The translations under genes and the position numbers were made by a program. A stretch of DNA of 42,120 nucleotides from SAR324 cluster bacterium (GTDB lineage Bacteria; SAR324; XYD2-FULL-50-16): assembly GCA_033791585.1 (NCBI GenBank), contig JASJGK010000127.1:1-42120 (forward strand), given 5' to 3'. Below, in pieces: positions 26,537-34,250 of the stretch (its first letter is position 1; every line of letters begins with the position of its first letter). A model generated the notes under the pieces. The model had not been told where the DNA came from. It made no database searches and saw only the letters and a list, made by a program, of their open reading frames with translations.

Positions 26537-26828
26537 TGACTAATTTCCAATCCCGAATGCCACCACGAACAGTTAAAGGCTCATAGCCACAGGCTTCCAA
26601 TAGAGTTTGAGCTTGGTGGCTTTGGGTGCCATCGCTGCAAATCAAAATGGTTTTTTTCTTTCCATCTAGCTTCGGCATAGCCTGACTGATTTCTGAAAGC
26701 GGGATGTTAGTAAAGCCTTGTAAGGCATCTTTTTCAAATTCAACAGCACTTCTAACGTCAATGAGTTGGAGGCTTTGGTTTGATTGGATAGCTTCATAAG
26801 CTTCTACAACTGTTAATTCTTTGTTCAT
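26526..26828 (-). CDS. Single-domain rhodanese-like sulfurtransferase
   Basis: 100 aa with LIDVRS..EF and the active-site loop ILICSDGTQS. It overlaps the rlmKL start by 11 nt. Confidence 0.8.
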   Translation of the reverse strand: MNKELTVVEAYEAIQSNQSLQLIDVRSAVEFEKDALQGFTNIPLSEISQAMPKLDGKKKTILICSDGTQSHQAQTLLEACGYEPLTVRGGIRDWKLVIEA

Positions 26829-26891
26829 GATATATCTATGTTTTAGTCTTTGATTTAGTCGATGTGGTGGTTTTAATTTTTAGTACTATTC

Positions 26892-29270
26892 TTAGAGTGG
26901 AACCTGAATGATAAAAGAGGTTCCTTCATTTTGTTTACTTGTCACAGTGATGGTACCATTGACAGCTTCTGTTTGGGTTTGCACTGTTTCAAGCCCAACG
27001 CCGTGGCTTACGCCTGCTAAATTTTCTTTTGAGGAAAATTCAGATTTAAACAGAGAAAGTAAAATCTCTTGTTCACCAAGCCTTTCCACCTCTTCAGCAG
27101 AGTAGACACCCTTAGCAACCAAGCTGGATTTTAACTTTTCTGTGTTGATTCCTCGGCCATCGTCTGTGACTTTGAGAATAAGGTCACTACCTGAAATCTC
27201 GGCTGATATTGCTAAGTGTCCGTCTAAGTCTTTGCCTTGGGCAACTCGTTCTTCCATGGATTCAATTCCATGTTCCACAGAATTACGAATCAAATGAGTA
27301 ACACTGGAAAAAAGATTGTGCAGTCTATCTAGAGGTACGTCAATGTCAGCACCACTTATTTCGATGACCAGTTGCTTGTGTAGGCGGTTGCTTAAGGACT
27401 CAGCAATCAAATTGTATCGTTTAAAAGTCTGAGTAAGCTTTTGTTTTTGTAGCTCATGTAACTGTGCCCCAATGGTATCTTCTGCCCTCTGGTAAACCTG
27501 TTCCCAAAGAAAAGTTTTTATTTTTGCCAGGCGGTGAGTGGTGATCTCAGCCAGTTGTGGCAGTTTGGTAAAGGGGGTGTAGTTTTTTTCAAACATGGTC
27601 TCAAGAGTAGTAAATAGCCCCTTGATCTCTTTAGTAATGCCAATTTTAATGTCATCAATTCTGCCTGTTTCAACCATCACCAAAGCGCTTTCTCCTTGGG
27701 TTTGGTGGTCCACTAGGGTTTTTAAATAGTGGTTGTGGATTTGTGAAAATTGGTCTTTGATCCCATCAACCCTTTGTAGTAATTCGTCTTGGTCCATCTC
27801 AGCTAAAGGCTCAGTGGACTGGTGCAGGGCTTCTAATTTATCTTCAATCCTGCGGGCTGTCTCATTGAGTTTGCCCATTTCATATAGCTCGGCACCGCTA
27901 CAAAGTAGGTCCATAGAGTTTAATAGCCCCGAGATATTTACATCGGCAGCCTCTTGGTCTAGCTCCATCAACATCACCCCAAGAGCATCTTGGCTGGCGT
28001 TGTAAAAACTCACATAGCCTTCTATATCAACGGCTACCTTGATAATCATATTGGAGTGAACTTTCTCTCTTTCGATTTCGGCCTTAAGCTCCTTCTCGAA
28101 ACTCATATTGGTAAAGCGTACGAGGATGCAGTCGTCATCCCCCTTGGCAGCTTTAAGATATTGGTAATCTAACTCAAGGTATCTGGTTTCATCTTGCAGC
28201 TCGGTTGGGAGCATTTCCACAATCACTTCTAAATCAGTGATGCGCATAAAAACCGTGGCCATTAATTCTTTAACCAAGGGAATATCTGCCTCAGTATTGT
28301 TAAAGGAGGCGGCATCCCTGTTCGAAGGTTTAAGCTTGTGAAAAAGCAGATCCATTGCATCTTCCTCACCAGAAACTTCACCAAAAAGAGGGTGTGAACC
28401 TGAATAGATAGGGACGACTTTACAATCTTTATCAAAGGCTAAAAAGCTTTGTTTGGAGTGGGCCACCACTTGCTGGAGGGCGCCTGGAATTTTTCCTTCG
28501 AGGTTGTTGAGTAAAATCGGCTCTTCTTTGGCGAGTTCTTCTGCTGCTGCCAATTTTGTTTCTGTGGCAGCTAAGTTTGCTTCGGCTTCCGTTAGGCTTG
28601 TTTTAGCTTCTGCCAGTTCTTGGTCTTTGCTGGTAAGTTCTTCTTCTTTCTCTGTCAGGTTGGCCTGTGCTGATTCTGCTTCTGCAAGTTTAGCTTCTGC
28701 TTGGGATAGTCTTGTTTTAGCTTCCGCCAGTTCTTGGTCTTTGCTGGTAAGTTCCTGCTCTTTTGTAGCAATCATTTGTTCTTTATCCGAAAGTTCTTGG
28801 TCCTTTTGCGCCAGAGCTTCATTGGTTACATTTTTATCTACGTCTTCTGTTGCTGCAACTTCATCAGCCATTTCTTCTTTATCTAAAAGGTCTTGTTCCT
28901 TTTGTGCCAGAGCTTCATCAGCCTCCTCTTCTGCGGTAATATCGGCAGCCATTTCTTCTAGAGTATCAGGCTCAGAGTCACCCTCTACAACAGTTTCTTC
29001 TGTTGCTGCAACTTCATCAGCTACCGCAACTTCTTGTGCAGTGGATTCACTGTAACCTTCAGGCTCAATCATTTTGTCTACTTGTAAAGCCAAGTCAGGT
29101 GCAGACTCACCTGCCTCTGTAATGACTTCGCTAGCTGTGGACTCTGGGATTTCGTCAGGAGTAAGGGGCAAGGCTTCTCGCTCATTATAGCCTTCCATAT
29201 CGCCCATGGCATCAAATGCCTTGATCAATTGAGAGGCGTCCTTACCTTTTGGTTGTGTATCGTCAGTCAT
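26892..29270 (-). CDS. Atypical CheA-like kinase-core protein: acidic coiled-coil repeat N-terminus, an unknown middle region and a CheA P3/P4-like HATPase C-terminus, with no HPt and no CheW-like domain
   Basis: The C-terminal HLIRNSVEHGIE (N box), VTDDGRGIN (G1), GVSHGVGLETV (G2) and ...GTSFIIQVPL* closely follow the CheA P4 pattern. The ORF stops right after the ATP lid. The N-terminal ~265 aa are D/E/A/K-rich, internally repeated and contain no His. Confidence 0.7.
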   Translation of the reverse strand: MTDDTQPKGKDASQLIKAFDAMGDMEGYNEREALPLTPDEIPESTASEVITEAGESAPDLALQVDKMIEPEGYSESTAQEVAVADEVAATEETVVEGDSEPDTLEEMAADITAEEEADEALAQKEQDLLDKEEMADEVAATEDVDKNVTNEALAQKDQELSDKEQMIATKEQELTSKDQELAEAKTRLSQAEAKLAEAESAQANLTEKEEELTSKDQELAEAKTSLTEAEANLAATETKLAAAEELAKEEPILLNNLEGKIPGALQQVVAHSKQSFLAFDKDCKVVPIYSGSHPLFGEVSGEEDAMDLLFHKLKPSNRDAASFNNTEADIPLVKELMATVFMRITDLEVIVEMLPTELQDETRYLELDYQYLKAAKGDDDCILVRFTNMSFEKELKAEIEREKVHSNMIIKVAVDIEGYVSFYNASQDALGVMLMELDQEAADVNISGLLNSMDLLCSGAELYEMGKLNETARRIEDKLEALHQSTEPLAEMDQDELLQRVDGIKDQFSQIHNHYLKTLVDHQTQGESALVMVETGRIDDIKIGITKEIKGLFTTLETMFEKNYTPFTKLPQLAEITTHRLAKIKTFLWEQVYQRAEDTIGAQLHELQKQKLTQTFKRYNLIAESLSNRLHKQLVIEISGADIDVPLDRLHNLFSSVTHLIRNSVEHGIESMEERVAQGKDLDGHLAISAEISGSDLILKVTDDGRGINTEKLKSSLVAKGVYSAEEVERLGEQEILLSLFKSEFSSKENLAGVSHGVGLETVQTQTEAVNGTITVTSKQNEGTSFIIQVPL

Positions 29271-29479
29271 TTCGCCAGTGGGATAGCTAGTTCGCTCATG
29301 CCTTTAAACTCATTGTGAGGTAAAGTTGCATTCTTAAATTTTGCCTAAGCTGCTTTCTAGCTTAGTTCACCTTTACCAGTGCATGCTATTGGTGTATTTG
29401 CTTGAAGACTAGTTATAGCCTCTTTGTCTGCCTTGCGTCAAACCAACTTTTAAAAGTTTTTGAATATTGCAACGTGCCT

Positions 29480-30424
29480 TTAAAGGTATTTTTTAGCCAG
29501 TTGGGCAATGTTCAGCTTGGCATAGTTGATCACATCTTTCGGTTTGCGGTGTTCATGCATACCTAAAAACTTGTTAAAATCCCCTACCAGCATATTGGCC
29601 CCTATGCGCTCTAACCTTCTTTCTACAAGTGTGTACTTGAGCCTTTGGGCGCAAAGGTAGCTCACAAAGTGCACCCAGCCTTGGGCCATTTTGTGAAAAG
29701 GGGTGTCGCCTGCTAAACCTTCTAGGCCGTATGTGCGGCAGATATCAAAGGCAGCCATTTGGCCCACCATACTAGCAACGAACCAGTCTCGCGGGATGGC
29801 AGGAAGCATGTAATAAACACCTCGTAAATAGACAACAGGCATGGCAAATAAAACAAATTCTTCAAAAAACTCAATAGGTGCAGGTGGTGGTGTGCTATCT
29901 TGCATGCCTAAAATAAGCAGAGTGGGCAGAAAAACCCCTTTAATTTCTTTTGGTGCTCGGTGGCCTAGGCTTGCAAGGAAAGGGTCTAACGGTGCTACGA
30001 TGGAATGCAGGTCGCTTTTATCAGTGATGATGCTCGGTTTACAAAAAGAGCAAACCCCAGGGCCACTGGTGGTGGTCATTTTGACTTGGGGAAATCGGCA
30101 GGTGAAACAGCGCTTTTTGGCATCTTTAAAGCAGCTAAGGCAAACGGTTTGGTTTTGCCCTGAATAATGAGAACTGCCGGCAGGTATCGAGGCCGAGCAT
30201 AAAAGACAGGTCATGGAAGGCTCTGCCTTCACAGTAACACGGCAAAATTCACAAAGCACCCCGTGAGGTGGCGTTTCTAATAGTTCCTTACCTGGGAAAT
30301 TACACTTTTTACAACGGGCATGGACTCGGTAGCAGGAAAGGCAAACGGTCTGGCCTTGGCCCTCGTAATAGGATTGCCCACTAGGTAGGCTTTTGGAACA
30401 AAGATAGCAATTCTCAGTAGACAT
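29480..30424 (-). CDS. Cysteine-rich protein with two tandem LIM-like double zinc-finger modules and a C-terminal domain of unknown function
   Basis: Residues 6-61 and 73-128 each follow CX2C-X18-CX2C-X6/7-CX2C-X15/16-CX2C. The local sequence is also repeated (SGQSYYEGQGQTVCLSCY vs AGSSHYSGQNQTVCLSCF). The C-terminal ~185 aa has no HExxH motif. Confidence 0.6.
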   Translation of the reverse strand: MSTENCYLCSKSLPSGQSYYEGQGQTVCLSCYRVHARCKKCNFPGKELLETPPHGVLCEFCRVTVKAEPSMTCLLCSASIPAGSSHYSGQNQTVCLSCFKDAKKRCFTCRFPQVKMTTTSGPGVCSFCKPSIITDKSDLHSIVAPLDPFLASLGHRAPKEIKGVFLPTLLILGMQDSTPPPAPIEFFEEFVLFAMPVVYLRGVYYMLPAIPRDWFVASMVGQMAAFDICRTYGLEGLAGDTPFHKMAQGWVHFVSYLCAQRLKYTLVERRLERIGANMLVGDFNKFLGMHEHRKPKDVINYAKLNIAQLAKKYL

Positions 30425-30602
30425 AAAACACAGAAGTCATAAAACGTAGCAAACGTAAAACAATGAACCTAAAATGCAATCAGTTTAAAAGGCCTTGAAG
30501 GAGACTTTTTCACTAAAGGAATATTTAAGCTTATTGATTGAACAAATTAGATTTTTTTGTCAAAATAGGGCAGAATTGTAACACACATTAAAAGAGGTCA
30601 CC

Positions 30603-30938
30603 TTGCCATTCGACATAATAAAAATAACACAACGTGACATAGAACGCTATCAAGATGGCGATGATTTGAAAAAAGATGCTGTGCCTTACCAAGGCCAGCT
30701 CAAACAGCATAAAAACGACGAAGATAAGGTTTTTTTGCTGCTTGATCCCCTTTCTAATAACTCAAGCATGCTTGAGTTTCAAAAGAAAGATGTGCTTTTT
30801 GCAGAAGAATTAAAGTCCATTTCTGGCGATGGCCAGTCTTACATGCTTGGTAAAATCTGGATTAGAAAAGGTGCCGTGGGCATTAAATTAGAACCCTTTA
30901 TGGTCTCTGATCTCGCTGGTGTTTTTAGTAAATATTAA
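30603..30938 (+). CDS. Hypothetical protein (111 aa)
   Basis: ORF with a TTG start preceded by an AGAGG RBS. No recognisable motifs. The coding call rests on ORF length and its position in an otherwise empty interval. Confidence 0.45.
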   Translation: MPFDIIKITQRDIERYQDGDDLKKDAVPYQGQLKQHKNDEDKVFLLLDPLSNNSSMLEFQKKDVLFAEELKSISGDGQSYMLGKIWIRKGAVGIKLEPFMVSDLAGVFSKY

Positions 30939-30944
30939 TTAAAA

Positions 30945-31031
30945 GCGCAGCTTTTAAGTTTCCCTAATGCCTTTATGCATTAAAAATATGTAGCTGCAGC
31001 TTTTAAGTTTCCCTAATGCCTATAGGCATTA
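30945..31031 (+). repeat. Two tandem 49-bp hairpin repeats related to the 5174-5373 array in inverted orientation
   Basis: gcagcttttaagtttccctaatgcct occurs at 30947 and 30996. Hairpins are taatgc-ctttat-gcatta (30965-30982) and the perfect 18-bp palindrome taatgcctataggcatta (31014-31031), which contains the rsmA stop codon. Confidence 0.85.
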
Positions 31032-31811
31032 AGTATTTTCGGGCTTTTCTAGGTCTTCATAGAGTTGCAAAAACTCTTTGGGGCCTAATTCTTCTGGCCT
31101 TCGGTTGCCGAGAGACTCTAATAACTCTGGTTTACAATCTGGGTATAGTTGTTTGATGCGCCCTGCCAGTTTTTTGCGTCTCGTGGTAAAGGCTTGCTGG
31201 AAAAACCTCAAAAGCGGTTTTAAATCAGTCACTTCTTGTGTATTAGGTATCAACTGAATCACAGCACTGTCTACCTTTGGGGCAGGCGAAAAGGATTCAG
31301 GTGGCACGTCTACAATCCACTTTCCTTCAAAAAATAAACCTGCTGAAATTGATAAACTGCCGTAGGCCTTACCGCTGCTTGGGGCCGCAGTCAGGCGTAG
31401 TGCTACTTCTTTTTGCAGCATCACTGTCCAGCTGGCAAAGTGTTTTCTAACCCGCATCAAAGTCAAAAATAGAGGGGATGAAATATTATAGGGGAGGTTG
31501 GCAATGAGCTTAACTCCCGTCTGGCCCTTTAAAAATTCAAACCAATCCATCTGTAGGGCATCTTGGTTGAGCAGGGTGAAATTGGGCAGGTGGCCAAATC
31601 TAACATTGAGACTTTTTATCAAATCACGGTCAATCTCGATGGCTGTTACCTTAGCGCCACTCTTTAGCAGCAGATCTGTCAGCACCCCTTGGCCTGGGCC
31701 AATTTCTATCACATGGTCGCTAGAGTCTGGGTTGCCTGCATAGATAATATCGCCTAAGACCTGCTCATTAATCAGAAAATGTTGGCCGAAGCGCTTTTTT
31801 GTTTTTCCCAT
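31029..31811 (-). CDS. rsmA: 16S rRNA (adenine1518/1519-N6)-dimethyltransferase RsmA/KsgA
   Basis: Motifs FGQHFLIN, EIGPGQGVLT and ANLPYNISS. Confidence 0.92.
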   Translation of the reverse strand: MGKTKKRFGQHFLINEQVLGDIIYAGNPDSSDHVIEIGPGQGVLTDLLLKSGAKVTAIEIDRDLIKSLNVRFGHLPNFTLLNQDALQMDWFEFLKGQTGVKLIANLPYNISSPLFLTLMRVRKHFASWTVMLQKEVALRLTAAPSSGKAYGSLSISAGLFFEGKWIVDVPPESFSPAPKVDSAVIQLIPNTQEVTDLKPLLRFFQQAFTTRRKKLAGRIKQLYPDCKPELLESLGNRRPEELGPKEFLQLYEDLEKPENT

Positions 31812-31836
31812 TTTTGTTCTTTTATTTATTAAATGT

Positions 31837-32328
31837 TTATTCTGTTTTATCTTTCGTTTCTTGATTCCGTAAGGACTGGGCCATGGCCCTGCTCAAAGCC
31901 CGCTGCAACCTAGGGTCTTTGATCTGGATAGTTCTCTCTTCCGCCTCTTTTAGGGCATTGTCTTTTGTCAGGCCCCGTTTTACAGCCTTGGATTCAATTT
32001 TTGCAGTTGGCTCAGGTAGGGGCTGAAATTGGCCAGTTTCAAAGCGAATGCGGTTAACCACGCCTTCGCCGCAAACATCCTTTGTGGCAATGATCTCTAA
32101 AATTTGTGGGATGTAGTATTTTAGATGTTGTGCATAGGCGGGTTCGAGAACTTGAATCACTAATTCTTTATAATGCAGGGTCTTAGGTTTTGTTTTTTTT
32201 GCCAAAGGCCCGCCAATAATCACCTCCCAGTTATGAATCAGGCGAGAAAGGTGGAGGATATCTCCCAAGTTATTATCGGTTAAAACCCGAGCAATTACGT
32301 TTTTGGTTTTAAAGACCTTCTCACTCAT
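31837..32328 (-). CDS. dciA: DUF721/DciA-family protein (putative replicative helicase loader)
   Basis: LSRLIHNWEVIIGGPLAKKTKPKTLHYKELVIQVLEPAYAQHLKYYIPQILEII fits the DUF721 pattern (W..vvG..la..t.p..l..g.L.v.v.s..wa.eL). It overlaps the dnaB stop by 8 nt. Confidence 0.72.
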   Translation of the reverse strand: MSEKVFKTKNVIARVLTDNNLGDILHLSRLIHNWEVIIGGPLAKKTKPKTLHYKELVIQVLEPAYAQHLKYYIPQILEIIATKDVCGEGVVNRIRFETGQFQPLPEPTAKIESKAVKRGLTKDNALKEAEERTIQIKDPRLQRALSRAMAQSLRNQETKDKTE

Positions 32329-33682
32329 ACTGTTCCCGCTTGGCTAGATTGCCAAAGGCAGTGTACTTGCCAATAAATGCGAGGGGGATTTTTCCAGTGG
32401 CACCATTTCTGTGTTTTTCAATGAGGATTTCGGCAATGCCCTTGTCGGCGGTATCTTCGTTATAGACCTCGTCTCGGTAGATGAACATGATAATATCTGC
32501 ATCCTGCTCGATGGCACCAGATTCACGCAAATCAGAAAGGACAGGTCTTTTTTCTGCACGACTTTCCAAAGAACGATTGAGCTGGGAAAGAGCGACAACA
32601 GGCACAGCCAGATCCTTAGCAAGGCCTTTTAGGTTTCTGGAGATCTCAGAAATCTCTTGTTCCCTCGGCAGGTTTGGCCTGTTCCCACGCATCAACTGGA
32701 GGTAATCCACCATTACCATAGAAACCCCATTTTCTAATTCCTTATTTAACTGCTTGCAGATACTTACAAGCTCATAGGGGCTTAAGCCCGGGGTATCGTT
32801 AATGTAAATAGGGGCCTGGCTTAAGGTATCTGTAGCTAGAGCCAACTTATCCCAATCTTCAGGGTCCAAATTACCGGTTCTGAGTTTAGTGGAGTCTACC
32901 TTAGCTTCTGACGACAAAAGTCGAGTTGCCAGTTGCTCTTTGGACATCTCTAAACTAAAAAACAAGACCGCACCCTTTTGTGGGGCCTTGAGGGCTGCAT
33001 ACTTCATTAGGTTTAGGGCAAATGCCGTTTTTCCCATGGAAGGTCTAGCGGCTAAAATAATTAAATCAGAAGGTTGCAGGCCACTGGTCAGTTTATCTAG
33101 ATCGGTAAAACCTGTGGGCAGGCCCGTAACTTCATCATGGTTTGCCGAGTTTTTTTCTAAAATCTCAAAGCTGGTAGCCAGGATATTTTTAATGTGGGCA
33201 TAGCTTTTTTGCGTCGAGCGAGTGGCGATTTCAGAGAGTTTACTTTCTGCCTCAGCCAACAAATTACCAATGTTACGGTCTGGGCTATGGCTTTTTTTAG
33301 CAATTTCAGTCGAAATGCTGATTAAATCTCGGAGGGTAGAATGCTCTAAAACGATCTTAGCATATTGGGCAGCATTGCCGCTGGCTGGCACACAGTCAAC
33401 TAATTCAGCAAGGTAGGCATAACCTCCTGCCACTTCCAGTTGTTCCCATGATTTTAACTTATCGCCGATTAAAACTTCATCAATCGGTTGGGCTTCCTCT
33501 TCCAATTCCAACATAGCCCGAAAAATCTGCTGGTGTGATTTGGAATAAAAAGAGAGGGAAGTAAGCATGGATGCCACTTCCACCAGTAAATCGTTACGGT
33601 AGATGATACTACCCAATACCGCCTGTTCTGCTTCAAAATCCTGCGGGATGCCTTGGTTGCTAAGCTCTCTGGAATCGTTCAT
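32321..33682 (-). CDS. dnaB: Replicative DNA helicase DnaB
   Basis: PQDFEAEQAVLGSII N-terminal motif, Walker A ARPSMGKTAFALN, and the VDYLQLM and SQLNR motifs. Confidence 0.95.
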   Translation of the reverse strand: MNDSRELSNQGIPQDFEAEQAVLGSIIYRNDLLVEVASMLTSLSFYSKSHQQIFRAMLELEEEAQPIDEVLIGDKLKSWEQLEVAGGYAYLAELVDCVPASGNAAQYAKIVLEHSTLRDLISISTEIAKKSHSPDRNIGNLLAEAESKLSEIATRSTQKSYAHIKNILATSFEILEKNSANHDEVTGLPTGFTDLDKLTSGLQPSDLIILAARPSMGKTAFALNLMKYAALKAPQKGAVLFFSLEMSKEQLATRLLSSEAKVDSTKLRTGNLDPEDWDKLALATDTLSQAPIYINDTPGLSPYELVSICKQLNKELENGVSMVMVDYLQLMRGNRPNLPREQEISEISRNLKGLAKDLAVPVVALSQLNRSLESRAEKRPVLSDLRESGAIEQDADIIMFIYRDEVYNEDTADKGIAEILIEKHRNGATGKIPLAFIGKYTAFGNLAKREQYE

Positions 33683-33808
33683 TGCTTGGGGTCTTGGCGG
33701 TTGGGTTGGGTTAAAAGGGCAAACTGGAAAAGTAAACTCTAAGACTAAAAAAAATGAGGGCTAAAGTCAAAAAATAAATAACTATTTTTTGTCTTAAAGG
33801 AACAGGTC

Positions 33809-34204
33809 TTAAGGGCTTAAGCCTTTGTTTTTCTCTAAGATTTCTGCAATCTTTGTTAGGGTCACGCTTTCTGAAACGGGCTTCATAATAAAGCGATCAA
33901 CGCCCAGTTTAATTGCCCTTAAAAGCTCATCCCCTTTGGCAGTGATCATGATCACAGGGGTGGACTTTAACTTCTCATCCCCTTTGATTATTTCCAAAAG
34001 TTCAATGCCAGTCATATTAGGCATTTCCCAATCCAATAAAACCATATCAAAGCTTTCTTGTTGCAGGATATCCAAAGCAATTTGGCCGTCTTCGGCCTCG
34101 GTGATCTGGTTAATTTCGAGCTTAGTAAGAAGCTTGATTAGCCCCCTACGGAGGATGGCGGAATCATCAACAACTAAAATTTTCGCCTTTGGGTACTTAT
34201 ACAT
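33809..34204 (-). CDS. Single-domain response regulator (CheY-like)
   Basis: KILVVDDSAILRR...DMVLLDWEMPNMTGIELL...PVIMITAKGD...MKP. 131 aa with no output domain. Confidence 0.88.
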   Translation of the reverse strand: MYKYPKAKILVVDDSAILRRGLIKLLTKLEINQITEAEDGQIALDILQQESFDMVLLDWEMPNMTGIELLEIIKGDEKLKSTPVIMITAKGDELLRAIKLGVDRFIMKPVSESVTLTKIAEILEKNKGLSP

Positions 34205-34250
34205 TGCCTGCTTTGAGCTAAGATTATGTTAGGTCTGCCTAATAATGCTT

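Noticed and set aside
28453-29055. 200-aa plus-strand ORF, Ser/Ala/Cys-rich
   Set aside because: It is antisense to the repeat-rich acidic region of the 792-aa CheA-like gene. It is low complexity with no RBS, and it is an expected by-product of GAA/GCT-rich repeats on the coding strand.
26892-30938. Whether the CheA-like, Cys-rich and hypothetical genes form a defence island or mobile insertion
   Set aside because: There are no integrase, recombinase, nuclease, toxin-antitoxin or restriction-like motifs and no flanking direct repeats or tRNA target. Composition does not visibly differ from the neighbours. I treat them as unusual chromosomal genes rather than a defence system.
33825-34232. 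135-aa plus-strand ORF
   Set aside because: It is antisense to the CheY-like receiver gene, which has all the conserved receiver residues.
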